Shown in pieces: positions 30,901 through 45,900 of a DNA stretch of 64,000 bases. The DNA is from Tubulanus polymorphus (taxonomy: Eukaryota; Animalia; Nemertea): the NCBI RefSeq assembly GCF_964204645.1, contig NC_134032.1, forward strand, positions 5,132,175 to 5,196,174, written 5' to 3'. The translations under genes and the position numbers were made by a program. The notes beneath the pieces are model-generated. The model made no database searches, had not been told where the DNA came from, and saw only the letters and a program-made list of their open reading frames with translations. How positions within the stretch are numbered: position 1 is the stretch's first letter; every line of letters begins with the position of its first letter.

Positions 30901-33900
30901 GGAGCGAGAAAAGACGTTTTCTTATCAAATTTTCCCCCTATCGGAAAAATGACGATGTCGATGCGTAAAAGCGCTCAAATCGTCAGGAAAAGCACATTTC
31001 GACCCGAAAACGTCGTTCGGAGCGAGAAAAGACGTTTTTTTTATCAAATTTCCCCCCTATCGGAAAAATGACGATGTCGATGCGTAAAAGCGCTCAAATC
31101 GTCAATAAAGCGCATTTCGACCCGAAAACGTCGTTCAGCGCGAGAAAAGGCGTTTTCTTATCAAATTTTCCCCCTATCGGAAAAATGACGATGTCGATGC
31201 GTAAAGCGCTCAAATCGTCAGGAAAACCACATTTCGACCCGAAAACGTCGTACAGCGCGAGAAAAGACGTTTTCTTATCGAATTTCCCCCCTATAGGAAA
31301 AATGACGATGTCGATGCGTAAAAGCGCTGAAATCGTCAGGAAAAGCACATTTCGACCAAAAAACGTCGTTCAGAGTAGAAAAGACGTTTTCTTATCAAAT
31401 TTCCCCCTATCGGAAAAATGACGATGTCGATGCGTAAAGCGCTCAAATCGTCAGGAAAAGCACATTTCGACCCGAAAACGTCGATCGAAGCGAGAAAAGA
31501 CGTTTTCTTATCAAATTTTCCCCCTATCGGAAAAATGACGATGTCGATGCGTAAAGCGCTCAAATCGTCAGGAAGAGCACATTTCGACCCGAAAACGTCG
31601 ATCGGAGCGAGAAAAGACGTTTTCTTATCGAATTTCCCCCTATCGGAAAAATGACGATGTCGATGCGTAAAAGCGCTCAAATCGTCAGGAAAAGCGCATT
31701 TCGACCCCGAAAACGTCGATCGGAGCGAGAAAACACGTTTTCTTATCGAATTTTCCCCCTATCGGAAAAATGACGATGTCGATGCGTAAAAGCGCTCAAA
31801 TCGTCAGGAAAAGCACATTTCGACCCGAATACGTCGTTCGGAGCGAGAAAAGACGTTTTCTTATCAAATTTCCCCCTATCGGAAAAATGACGATGTCGAT
31901 GCGTAAAGCGCTCAAATCGTCAGGAAGAGCACATTTCGACCCGAAAACGTCGATCGGAGCGAGAAAAGACGTTTTCTTATCGAATTTCCCCCTATCGGAA
32001 AAATGACGATGTCGATGCGTAAAAGCGCTCAAATCGTCAGGAAAAGCACATTTCGACCCGAAAAGTCGATCGGAGCGAGAAAAGGCGTTTTCCTATCAAA
32101 TTTTCCCCCTATCGGAAAAATGACGATGTCGATGCGTAAAAGCGCTCAAATCGTCAGGAAAAGCACATTTCGACCCGAAAACGTCGATCGGAGCGAGAAA
32201 AGACGTTTTCTTTTCAAATTGTCCCCCTATCGGAAAAATGACGATGTCGATGCTTAAAAGCGCTCAAATCGTCAGGAAAACCACATTTCGACCCGAAAAC
32301 GTCGTTCAGCGCGAGAAAAGACGTTTTCTTATCAAATTTCCCCCCTATCGGAAAAATGACGATGTCGATGCTTAAAAGCGCTCAAATCGTCAGGAAAACC
32401 ACATTTCGACCCGAAAACGTCGTTCGGAGCGAGAAAAGACGTTTTCTTATCAAATTTTCCCCCTATCGGAACAATGACGATGTCGATGCGTAAAGCGCTC
32501 AAATCGTCAGGAAAAGCGCATTTCGACCCGAAAACGTCGATCGGAGCGAGAAAACACGTTTTCTTATCAAATTTCCCCCTATCGGAAAAATGACGAGGTC
32601 GATGCGTAAAAGTGCTCAAATCGTCATGAAAAGCGCATTTCGACCCGAAAACGTCGATCGGAGCGAGAAAAGACGTTTTCTTATCAAATTTTCCCCCTAT
32701 CGGAAAAATGACGATGTCGATGCGTAAAAGCGCTCAAATCGTCAGGAAAAGCACATTTCGACCCGAAAACGTCGTTCAGAGCGAGAAAAGACGTTTTCTT
32801 ATCAAAATTCCCCCCATCGGAAAAATGATAATGTGGATGCGTAAAAGCGCTCAAATCGTCAGGAAAAGCACATTTCGACCTGAAAACGTCGTTCGGAGCG
32901 AGAAAAGACGTTTTCTTATCAAATTTTCCCCCTATCGGAAAAATGACGATGTCGATGCGTAAAAGCGCTCAAATCGTCAGGAAAAGCACATTTCGACCCG
33001 AAAACGTCGTTCGGAGCGAGAAAAGACGTTTTCTTACCAAATTTCCCCCCTATCGGAAAAATGACGATGTCGATGCGTAAAAGCGCTCAAATCGTCAGGA
33101 AAAGCACATTTCGACCCGAAAACGTCGTTCGGAGCGAGAAAAGACGTTTTCTTATCAAATTTCCCCCCTATCGGAAAAATGACGATGTCGATGCGAAAAA
33201 GCGCTCAAATCGTAAGGAAAAGCACATTTCGACCCGAAAACGTCATTCGGAGCGAGAAAAGACGTTTTCTTATCAAATTTCCCCCTATCGGAAAAATGAC
33301 GATGTCGATGCGTAAAAGCGCTCAAATCGTCAGGAAAAGCGCATTTCGACCCGAAAACGTCATTCGGAGCGAGAAAAGACGTTTTCTTATCAAATTTCCC
33401 CCTATCGGAAAAATGACGATGTCGATGCGTAAAAGCGCTCAAATCGTCAGGAAAAGCGCATTTCGACCCGAAAACGTCGTTCAGCGCGAGAAAAGGCGTT
33501 TTCTCATCAAATTTTCCCCCTATCGGAAAAATGACGATGTCGATGCGTAAAAGCGATCAAATCGTCAGGAAAACCACATTTCGACCCGAAAACGTCGTTC
33601 AGCGCGAGAAAAGACGTTTTCTTATCAAATTTTCCCCCTATCGGAAAAATGACAATGTGGATGCGTAAAAGCGCTCAAATCGTCAGGAAAAGCACATTTC
33701 GACACGAAAACGTCGTTCGGAGCGAGAAAAGACGTTTTCTTATCAAATTTTCCCCCTATCGGAAAAATGACGATGTCGATGCGTAAAAGCGCTCAAATCG
33801 TCAGGAAAAGCAAATTTCGACCCGAAAACGTCGTTCGGAGCGAGAAAAGACGTTTTCTTATCAAATTTCCCCCCTATCGGAAAAATGACGATGTCGATGC

Positions 33901-36900
33901 GAAAAAGCGCTCAAATCGTCAGGAAAAGCACATTTCGACCCGAAAACGTCGATCGGAGCGAGAAAAGACGTTTTCTTATCGAATTTCCCCCTATCGGAAA
34001 AATGACGATGTCGATGCGTAAAAGCGCTCAAATAGTCAGGAAAAGCACATTTCGACCCGAATACGTCGTTCGGAGCGAGAAAAGACGTTTTCTTTTCAAA
34101 TTTCCCCCCTATCGGAAAAATGACGATGTCGATGCTTAAAAGCGCTCAAATCGTCAGGAAAACCACATTTCGACCCGAAAACGTCGTTCAGCGCGAGAAA
34201 AGACGTTTTCTTATCAAATTTCCCCCCTATCGGAAAAATGACGATGTCGATGCTTAAAAGCGCTCAAATCGTCAGGAAAACCACATTTCGACCCGAAAAC
34301 GTCGTTCGGAGCGAGAAAAGACGTTTTCTTATCAAATTTTCCCCCTATCGGAACAATGACGATGTCGATGCGTAAAGCGCTCAAATCGTCAGGAAAAGCG
34401 CATTTCGACCCGAAAACGTCGATCGGAGCGAGAAAACACGTTTTCTTATCAAATTTCCCCCTATCGGAAAAATGACGATGTCGATGCGTAAAAGTGCTCA
34501 AATCGTCATGAAAAGCGCATTTCGACCCGAAAACGTCGATCGGAGCGAGAAAAGACGTTTTCTTTTCAAATTGTCCCCCTATCGGAAAAATGACGATGTC
34601 GATGCTTAAAAGCGCTCAAATCGTCAGGAAAACCACATTTCGACCCGAAAACGTCGTTCAGCGCGAGAAAAGACGTTTTCTTATCAAATTTCCCCCCTAT
34701 CGGAAAAATGACGATGTCGATGCTTAAAAGCGCTCAAATCGTCAGGAAAACCACATTTCGACCCGAAAACGTCGTTCGGAGCGAGAAAAGACGTTTTCTT
34801 ATCAAATTTTCCCCCTATCGGAACAATGACGATGTCGATGCGTAAAGCGCTCAAATCGTCAGGAAAAGCGCATTTCGACCCGAAAACGTCGATCGGAGCG
34901 AGAAAACACGTTTTCTTATCAAATTTCCCCCTATCGGAAAAATGACGAGGTCGATGCGTAAAAGTGCTCAAATCGTCATGAAAAGCGCATTTCGACCCGA
35001 AAACGTCGATCGGAGCGAGAAAAGACGTTTTCTTATCAAATTTTCCCCCTATCGGAAAAATGACGATGTCGATGCGTAAAAGCGCTCAAATCGTCAGGAA
35101 AAGCACATTTCGACCCGAAAACGTCGTTCAGAGCGAGAAAAGACGTTTTCTTATCAAAATTCCCCCATCGGAAAAATGATAATGTGGATGCGTAAAAGCG
35201 CTCAAATCGTCAGGAAAAGCACATTTCGACCTGAAAACGTCGTTCGGAGCGAGAAAAGACGTTTTCTTATCAAATTTTCCCCCTATCGGAAAAATGACGA
35301 TGTCGATGCGTAAAAGCGCTCAAATCGTCAGGAAAAGCACATTTCGACCCGAAAACGTCGTTCGGAGCGAGAAAAGACGTTTTCTTACCAAATTTCCCCC
35401 CTATCGGAAAAATGACGATGTCGATGCGTAAAAGCGCTCAAATCGTCAGGAAAAGCACATTTCGACCCGAAAACGTCGTTCGGAGCGAGAAAAGACGTTT
35501 TCTTATCAAATTTCCCCCCTATCGGAAAAATGACGATGTCGATGCGAAAAAGCGCTCAAATCGTAAGGAAAAGCACATTTCGACCCGAAAACGTCATTCG
35601 GAGCGAGAAAAGACGTTTTCTTATCAAATTTCCCCCTATCGGAAAAATGACGATGTCGATGCGTAAAAGCGCTCAAATCGTCAGGAAAAGCGCATTTCGA
35701 CCCGAAAACGTCATTCGGAGCGAGAAAAGACGTTTTCTTATCAAATTTCCCCCTATCGGAAAAATGACGATGTCGATGCGTAAAAGCGCTCAAATCGTCA
35801 GGAAAAGCGCATTTCGACCCGAAAACGTCGTTCAGCGCGAGAAAAGGCGTTTTCTCATCAAATTTTCCCCCTATCGGAAAAATGACGATGTCGATGCGTA
35901 AAAGCGATCAAATCGTCAGGAAAACCACATTTCGACCCGAAAACGTCGTTCAGCGCGAGAAAAGACGTTTTCTTATCAAATTTTCCCCCTATCGGAAAAA
36001 TGACAATGTGGATGCGTAAAAGCGCTCAAATCGTCAGGAAAAGCACATTTCGACACGAAAACGTCGTTCGGAGCGAGAAAAGACGTTTTCTTATCAAATT
36101 TTCCCCCTATCGGAAAAATGACGATGTCGATGCGTAAAAGCGCTCAAATCGTCAGGAAAAGCAAATTTCGACCCGAAAACGTCGTTCGGAGCGAGAAAAG
36201 ACGTTTTCTTATCAAATTTCCCCCTATCGGAAAAATGACGATGTCGATGCGAAAAAGCGCTCAAATCGTCAGGAAAAGCACTTTTCGACCCGAAAACGTC
36301 GTTCAGCGCGAGAAAAGACGTTTTCGTATCAAATATTCCCCCTATCGGAAAAATGACGATGTCGATGCGTAAAAGCGCTCAAATAGTCAGGAAAAGCACA
36401 TTTCGACCCGAAAACGTCGATCGGAGCGAGAAAAGACGTTTTCTTATCGAATTTCCCCCTATCGGAAAAATGACGATGTCGATGCGTAAAAGCGCTCAAA
36501 TCGTCAGGAAAAGCGCATTTCGACCCGAAAACGTCATTCGGAGCGAGAAAAGACGTTTTCTTATCAAATTTCCCCCTATCGGAAAAATGACGATGTCGAT
36601 GCGTAAAAGCGCTCAAATCGTCAGGAAAAGCGCATTTCGACCCGAAAACGTCGTTCAGCGCGAGAAAAGGCGTTTTCCTCATCAAATTTTCCCCCTATCG
36701 GAAAAATGACGATGTCGATGCGTAAAAGCGATCAAATCGTCAGGAAAACCACATTTCGACCCGAAAACGTCGTTCAGCGCGAGAAAAGACGTTTTCTTAT
36801 CAAATTTTCCCCCCTATCGGAAAAATGACAATGTGGATGCGTAAAAGCGCTCAAATCGTCAGGAAAAGCACATTTCGACACGAAAACGTCGTTCGGAGCG

Positions 36901-39900
36901 AGAAAAGACGTTTTCTTATCAAATTTTCCCCCTATCGGAAAAATGACGATGTCGATGCGTAAAAGCGCTCAAATCGTCAGGAAAAGCAAATTTCGACCCG
37001 AAAACGTCGTTCGGAGCGAGAAAAGACGTTTTCTTATCAAATTTCCCCCCTATCGGAAAAATGACGATGTCGATGCGAAAAAGCGCTCAAATCGTCAGGA
37101 AAAGCACATTTCGACCCGAAAACGTCGATCGGAGCGAGAAAAGACGTTTTCTTATCGAATTTCCCCCTATCGGAAAAATGACGATGTCGATGCGTAAAAG
37201 CGCTCAAATAGTCAGGAAAAGCACATTTCGACCCGAATACGTCGTTCGGAGCGAGAAAAGACGTTTTCTTTTCAAATTTCCCCCCTATCGGAAAAATGAC
37301 GATGTCGATGCTTAAAAGCGCTCAAATCGTCAGGAAAACCACATTTCGACCCGAAAACGTCGTTCAGCGCGAGAAAAGACGTTTTCTTATCAAATTTCCC
37401 CCCTATCGGAAAAATGACGATGTCGATGCTTAAAAGCGCTCAAATCGTCAGGAAAACCACATTTCGACCCGAAAACGTCGTTCGGAGCGAGAAAAGACGT
37501 TTTCTTATCAAATTTTCCCCCTATCGGAACAATGACGATGTCGATGCGTAAAAGTGCTCAAATCGTCATGAAAAGCGCATTTCGACCCGAAAACGTCGAT
37601 CGGAGCGAGAAAAGACGTTTTCTTATCAAATTTTCCCCCTATCGGAAAAATGACGATGTCGATGCGTAAAAGCGCTCAAATCGTCAGGAAAAGCACATTT
37701 CGACCCGAAAACGTCGTTCAGAGCGAGAAAAGACGTTTTCTTATCAAAATTCCCCCCATCGGAAAAATGATAATGTGGATGCGTAAAAGCGCTCAAATCG
37801 TCAGGAAAAGCACATTTCGACCCGAAAACGTCGTTCGGAGCGAGAAAAGACGTTTTCTTATCAAATTTTCCCCCTATCGGAAAAATGACGATGTCGATGC
37901 GTAAAAGCGCTCAAATCGCCAGGAAAAGCACATTTCGACCCGAAAACGTCGTTCGGAGCGAGAAAAGACGTTTTTTTTATCAAATTTCCCCCCTATCGGA
38001 AAAATGACGATGTCGATGCGTAAAAGCGCTCAAATCGTCAGGAAAAGCACATTTCGACCCGAAAACGTCGTTCGGAGCGAGAAAAGACGTTTTCTTATCA
38101 AATTTCCCCCCTATCGGAAAAATGACGATGTCGATGCGAAAAAGCGCTCAAATCGTAAGGAAAAGCACATTTCGACCCGAAAACGTCGTTCGGAGCGAGA
38201 AAAGACGTTTTCTTATCAAATTTCCCCCTATCGGAAAAATGACGATGTCGATGCGTAAAAGCGCTCAAATCGTCAGGAAAAGCGCATTTCGACCCGAAAA
38301 CGTCGTTCAGCGCGAGAAAAGGCGTTTTCTTATCAAATTTTCCCCCTATCGGAAAAATGACGATGTCGATGCGTAAAGCGCTCAAATCGTCAGGAAAACC
38401 ACATTTCGACCCGAAAACGTCGTTCAGCGCGAGAAAAGACGTTTTCTTATCGAATTTCCCCCCTATAGGAAAAATGACGATGTCGATGCGTAAAAGCGCT
38501 CAAATCGTCAGGAAAAGCACATTTCGACCAAAAAACGTCGTTCAGAGTAGAAAAGACGTTTTCTTATCAAATTTCCCCCTATCGGAAAATGACGATGTCG
38601 ATGCGTAAAGCGCTCAAATCGTCAGGAAAAGCACATTTCGACCCGAAAACGTCGATCGAAGCGAGAAAAGACGTTTTCTTATCAAATTTTCCCCCTATCG
38701 GAAAAATGACGATGTCGATGCGTAAAGCGCTCAAATCGTCAGGAAGAGCACATTTCGACCCGAAAACGTCGATCGGAGCGAGAAAAGACGTTTTCTTATC
38801 GAATTTCCCCCTATCGGAAAAATGACGATGTCGATGCGTAAAAGCGCTCAAATCGTCAGGAAAAGCGCATTTCGACCCCGAAAACGTCGATCGGAGCGAG
38901 AAAAGACGTTTTCTTATCGAATTTCCCCCTATCGGAAAAATGACGATGTCGATGCGTAAAAGCGCTCAAATCGTCAGGAAAAGCACATTTCGACCAAAAA
39001 CGTCGTTCAGCGCGAGAAAAGGCGTTTTCTCATCAAATTTTCCCCCTATCGGAAAAATGACGATGTCGATGCGTAAAAGCGATCAAATCGTCAGGAAAAC
39101 CACATTTCGACCCGAAAACGTCGTTCAGCGCGAGAAAAGACGTTTTCTTATCAAATTTTCCCCCTATCGGAAAAATGACAATGTGGATGCGTAAAAGCGC
39201 TCAAATCGTCAGGAAAAGCACATTTCGACACGAAAACGTCGTTCGGAGCGAGAAAAGACGTTTTCTTATCAAATTTTCCCCCTATCGGAAAAATGACGAT
39301 GTCGATGCGTAAAAGCGCTCAAATCGTCAGGAAAAGCAAATTTCGACCCGAAAACGTCGTTCGGAGCGAGAAAAGACGTTTTCTTATCAAATTTCCCCCC
39401 TATCGGAAAAATGACGATGTCGATGCGAAAAAGCGCTCAAATCGTCAGGAAAAGCACATTTCGACCCGAAAACGTCGATCGGAGCGAGAAAAGACGTTTT
39501 CTTATCGAATTTCCCCCTATCGGAAAAATGACGATGTCGATGCGTAAAAGCGCTCAAATAGTCAGGAAAAGCACATTTCGACCCGAATACGTCGTTCGGA
39601 GCGAGAAAAGACGTTTTCTTTTCAAATTTCCCCCCTATCGGAAAAATGACGATGTCGATGCTTAAAAGCGCTCAAATCGTCAGGAAAACCACATTTCGAC
39701 CCGAAAACGTCGTTCAGCGCGAGAAAAGACGTTTTCTTATCAAATTTCCCCCCCTATCGGAAAAATGACGATGTCGATGCTTAAAAGCGCTCAAATCGTC
39801 AGGAAAACCACATTTCGACCCGAAAACGTCGTTCGGAGCGAGAAAAGACGTTTTCTTATCAAATTTTCCCCCTATCGGAACAATGACGATGTCGATGCGT

Positions 39901-42900
39901 AAAGCGCTCAAATCGTCAGGAAAAGCGCATTTCGACCCGAAAACGTCGATCGGAGCGAGAAAACACGTTTTCTTATCAAATTTCCCCTATCGGAAAAATG
40001 ACGAGGTCGATGCGTAAAAGTGCTCAAATCGTCATGAAAAGCGCATTTCGACCCGAAAACGTCGATCGGAGCGAGAAAAGACGTTTTCTTATCAAATTTT
40101 CCCCTATCGGAAAAATGACGATGTCGATGCGTAAAAGCGCTCAAATCGTCAGGAAAAGCACATTTCGACCCGAAAACGTCGTTCAGAGCGAGAAAAGACG
40201 TTTTCTTATCAAAATTCCCCCCATCGGAAAAATGATAATGTGGATGCGTAAAAGCGCTCAAATCGTCAGGAAAAGCACATTTCGACCCGAAAACGTCGTT
40301 CGGAGCGAGAAAAGACGTTTTCTTATCAAATTGTCCCCCTATCGGAAAAATGACGATGGCGATGCGTAAAAGCACTCAAATCATCAGGAAAAGCACATTT
40401 CGACCCGAAAACGTCGTTCAGAGCGAGAAAAGACGTTTTCTTATCAAATTTTCCCCCTATCGAAAAAATGACGATGTCGATGCGTAAAAGCGCTCAAATC
40501 GTCAGGAAAAGCACATTTCGACCCGAAAACGTCGTTCCGCGCGAGAAAAGACGTTTTCTTATAAAATTTCCCCCCTATCAAAAAAATGACGATGTCGATG
40601 CGTAAAAGCGCTCAAATAGTCAGGAAAAGCACATTTCGACCCGAAAACGTCGTTCGGAGCGAGAAAAGACGTTTTCTTATCAAATTGTCCCCCTATCGAA
40701 AAAATGACGATGTCGATGCGTAAAAGCGCTCAAATCGTCAGGAAAAGCACATTTCGACCAGAAAACGTCGTTCCGCGCGAGAAAAGACGTTTTCTTATCA
40801 AATTTCTCCCCTATCGGAAAAATGACGATGTCGATGCGTAAAAGCGCTCAAATCGTCAGGAAAAGCACATTTCGACGCGAACACGTCGTTCAGTGCGAGA
40901 AAAGACGTTTTCTTATCAAATTGTCCCCCTATCGAAAAAATGACGATGTCGATGCATAAAAGCGCTCAAATCGTCAGGAAAAGCACATTTCGACGTGAAA
41001 ACGTCGTTCAGTGCGAGAAAAGACGTTTTCTTATCAAATTGTCCCCCTATCGAAAAAATGACGATGTCGGTGCGTAAAAGCGCTCAAATCGTCAGGAAAA
41101 GCACATTTCGGCCCGAAAACGTCGTTCCGCGCGAGAAAAGACGTTTTCTTATCAAATTTCCCCCCTATCAAAAAAATGACGATGTCGATGCGTAAAAGCG
41201 CTCAAATCGTCAGGAAAAGCACATTTATGCCCGAAAACGTCGTTCCGCGCGAGAAAAGACGTTTTCTTATCAAATTTCCCCCCTATCGAAAAAATGACAA
41301 TGTCGATGCGTAAAAGCGCTCAAATCGTCAGGAAAAGCACATTACGACGCGAAAACGTCGTTCAGTGCGAGAAAAGAAGTTTTCTTATCAAATTGTCCCC
41401 CTATCGAAAAAATGACGATGTCGATGCGTAAAAGCGCTCAAATCGTCAGGAAAAGCACATTTCGACCCGAAAACGTCGTTCAGAGCGAGAAAAGACGTTT
41501 TCTTATCAAATTGTCCCCCTATCAAAAAAATGACGATGTCGATGCGTAAAAGCGCTCAAATAGTCAGGAAAAGTACATTTCGACCCGAAAACGTCGTTCG
41601 GAGCGAGAAAAGACGTTTTCTTATCAAATTGTCCCCCTATCGAAAAAATGACGATGTCGATGCGTAAAAGCGCTCAAATCGTCAGGAAAAGCACATTTCG
41701 ACCAGAAAACGTCGTTCCGCGCGAGAAAAGACGTTTTCTTATCAAATTTCTCCCCTATCGGAAAAATGACGATGTCGATGCGTAAAAGCGCTCAAATCGT
41801 CAGGAAAAGCACATTTCGACGCGAAAACGTCGTTCAGTGCGAGAAAAGACGTTTTCTTATCAAATTGTCCCCCTATCGAAAAAATGACGATGTCGATGCG
41901 TAAAAGCGCTCAAATCGTCAGGAAAAGCACATTTCGACCAGAAAACGTCGTTCCGCGCGAGAAAAGACGTTTTCTTATCAAATTTCTCCCCTATCGGAAA
42001 AATGACGATGTCGATGCGTAAAAGCGCTCAAATCGTCAGGAAAAGCACATTTCGACGCGAAAACGTCGTTCAGTGCGAGAAAAGACGTTTTCTTATCAAA
42101 TTGTCCCCCTATCGAAAAAATGACGATGTCGATGCGTAAAAGCGCTCAAATCGTCAGGAAAAGCACATTTCGACGTGAAAACGTCGTTCAGTGCGAGAAA
42201 AGACGTTTTCTTATCAAATTGTCCCCCTATCGAAAAAATGACGATGTCGATGCGTAAGAGCGCTCAAATAGTCTGGAAAAGCACATTTCGACCCGAAAAC
42301 GTCGTTCAGAGCGAGAAAAGACGTTTTCTTATCAAATTGTCCCCCTATCGAAAAAATGACGATGTCGATGCGTAAGAGCGCTCAAATAGTCTGGAAAAGC
42401 ACATTTCGACCCGAAAACGTCGTTCAGAGCGAGAAAAGACGTTTTCTTATCAAATTTTCCTCCTATCGAAAAAATGACGATGTCGATGCGTAAAAGCGCT
42501 CAAATCGTCAGGAAAAGCACATTTCGACCCGAAAACGTCGTTCCGCGCGAGAAAAGGCGTTTTCTTATCAAATTGTCCCCCTATCGAAAAAATGACGATG
42601 TCGATGCGTAAGAGCGCTCAAATAGTCTGGAAAAGCACATTTCGACCCGAAAACGTCGTTCAGAGCGAGAAAAGACGTTTTCTTATCAAATTTTCCCCCT
42701 ATCGAAAAAATGACGATGTCGATGCGTAAAAGCGCTCAAATCGTCAGGAAAAGCACATTTCGACCCGAAAACGTCGTTCCGCGCGAGAAAAGACGTTTTC
42801 TTATAAAATTTCCCCCTATCAAAAAAATGACGATGTCGATGCGTAAAAGCGCTCAAATAGTCAGGAAAAGCACATTTCGACCCGAAAACGTCGTTCGGAG

Positions 42901-45900
42901 CGAGAAAAGACGTTTTCTTATCAAATTGTCCCCCTATCGAAAAAATGACGATGTCGATGCGTAAAAGCGCTCAAATCGTCAGGAAAAGCACATTTCGACC
43001 AGAAAACGTCGTTCCGCGCGAGAAAAGACGTTTTCTTATCAAATTTCTCCCCTATCGTCAGGAAAAAGCACATTTCGACCCGAAAACGTCGTTCAGGGCG
43101 AGAAAAGATGTTTTCTTATCAAATTGTCCCCCTATCGAAAAAATGACGATGTCGATGCGTAAGAGCGCTCAAATAGTCTGGAAAAGCACATTTCGACCCG
43201 AAAACGTCGTTCAGAGCGAGAAAAGACGTTTTCTTATCAAATTTTCCCCCTATCGAAAAAATGACGATGTCGATGCGTAAAAGCGCTCAAATCGTCAGGA
43301 AAAGCACATTTCGACCCGAAAACGTCGTTCCGCGCGAGAAAAGACGTTTTCTTATAAAATTTCCCCCCTATCAAAAAAATGACGATGTCGATGCGTAAAA
43401 GCGCTCAAATAGTCAGGAAAAGCACATGTCGACCCGAAAACGTCGTTCGGAGCGAGAAAAGACGTTTTCTTATCAAATTGTCCCTCTATCGAAAAAATGA
43501 CGATGTCGATGCGTAAAAGCGCTCAAATCGTCAGGAAAAGCACATTTCGACCCGAAAACGTCGTACAGAGCGAGAAAAGACGTTTTCTTATCAAATTGTC
43601 CCCCTATCGGAAAAATGACGATGTCGATGCGTAAAAGCGCTCAAATCGTCAGGAAAAGCACATTTCGACTCGAAAACGTCGTTCCGCGCGAGAAAAGACG
43701 TTTTCTTATCAAATTGTCCCCTATCGGAAAAATGACGATGTCGATGCGTAAAAGCGCTCAAATCGTCAGAAAAAGCACATTTCGACCCGAAAACGTCGTT
43801 CCGCGCGAGAAAAGACGTTTTCTTATCAAATTGTCCCCCTATCGGTAAAATGACGATGGCGATGCGTAAAAGCGCTCAAATCGTCAGGGAAAAGCACATT
43901 TCGACCAGAAAACGTCGTTCAGAGCGAGAAAAGACGTTTTCTTATCAAATTTCCCCCCTATCGAAAAAATGACGATGTCGATGCGTAAAAGCGCTCAAAT
44001 CGTCAGGAAAAGCACATTTCGACCCGAAAACGTCGTTCAGAGCGAGAAAAGACATTTTCTTATCAAATTATCCCCCTATCGGAAAAATGACGATGTCGAT
44101 GCGTAAAAGCGCTCAAATCGTCAGGAAAAGCACATTACGACGCGAAAACGTCGTTCAGTGCGAGAAAAGACGTTTTCTTATCAAATTGTCCCCCTATCGA
44201 AAAAATGACGATGTCGATGCGTAAAAGCGCTCAAATCGTCAGGAAAAGCACATTTCGACCCGAAAACGTCGTTCAGAGCGAGAAAAGACGTTTTCTTATC
44301 AAATTGTCCCCCTATCGAAAAAATGACGATGTCGATGCGTAAAAGCGCTCAAATCGTCAGGAAAAGCACATTTCGACCAGAAAACGTCGTTCCGCGCGAG
44401 AAAAGACGTTTTCTTATCAAATTGTCCCCCTATCGAAAAAATGACGATGTCGATGCGTAAAAGCGCTCAAATCGTCAGGAAAAGCACATTTCGACGTGAA
44501 AACGTCGTTCAGTGCGAGAAAAGACGTTTTCTTATCAAATTGTCCCCCTATCGAAAAAATGACGATGTCGGTGCGTAAAAGCGCTCAAATCGTCAGGAAA
44601 AGCACATTTCGGCCCGGAAAACGTCGTTCCGCGCGAGAAAAGACGTTTTCTTATCAAATTTCCCCCCTATCAAAAAAATGACGATGTCGATGCGTAAAAG
44701 CGCTCAAATCGTCAGGAAAAGCACATTTATGCCCGAAAACGTCGTTCCGCGCGAGAAAAGACGTTTTCTTATCAAATTGTCCCCCTATCGAAAAAATGAC
44801 GATGTCGGTGCGTAAAAGCGCTCAAATCGTCAGGAAAAGCACATTTCGGCCCGAAAACGTCGTTCCGCGCGAGAAAAGACGTTTCTTATCAAATTTCCCC
44901 CCTATCAAAAAAATGACGATGTCGATGCGTAAAAGCGCTCAAATCGTCAGGAAAAGCACATTTCGACCCGAAAACGTCGTTCAGAGCGAGAAAAGACGTT
45001 TTCTTATCAAATTGTCCCCCTATCAAAAAAATGACGATGTCGATGCGTAAAAGCGCTCAAATATCCAGGAAAAGTACATTTCGACCCGAAAACGTCGTTC
45101 GGAGCGAGAAAGACGTTTTCTTATCAAATTGTCCCCCTATCGAAAAAATGACGATGTCGATGCGTAAAAGCGCTCAAATCGTCAGGAAAAGCACATTTCG
45201 ACCAGAAAACGTCGTTCCGCGCGAGAAAAGACGTTTTCTTATCAAATTTCTCCCCTATCGGAAAAATGACGATGTCGATGCGTAAAAGCGCTCAAATCGT
45301 CAGGAAAAGCACATTTCGACGCGAAAACGTCGTTCAGTGCGAGAAAAGACGTTTTCTTATCAAATTGTCCCCCTATCGAAAAAATGACGATGTCGATGCG
45401 TAAAAGCGCTCAAATCGTCAGGAAAAGCACATTTCGACCAGAAAACGTCGTTCCGCGCGAGAAAAGACGTTTTCTTATCAAATTTCTCCCCTATCGGAAA
45501 AATGACGATGTCGATGCGTAAAAGCGCTCAAATCGTCAGGAAAAGCACATTTCGACGCGAAAACGTCGTTCAGTGCGAGAAAGACGTTTTCTTATCAAAT
45601 TGTCCCCCTATCGAAAAAATGACGATGTCGATGCGTAAAAGCGCTCAAATCGTCAGGAAAAGCACATTTCGACCGAAAACGTCGTTCAGAGCGAGAAAGA
45701 CGTTTTCTTATCAAATTGTCCCCCTATCGAAAAAAATGACGATGTCGATGCGTAAGAGCGCTCAAATAGTCTGGAAAAGCACATTTCGACCCGAAAACGT
45801 CGTTCAGAGCGAGAAAAGACGTTTTCTTATCAAATTTTCCTCCTATCGAAAAAATGACGATGTCGATGCGTAAAAGCGCTCAAATCGTCAGGAAAAGCAC

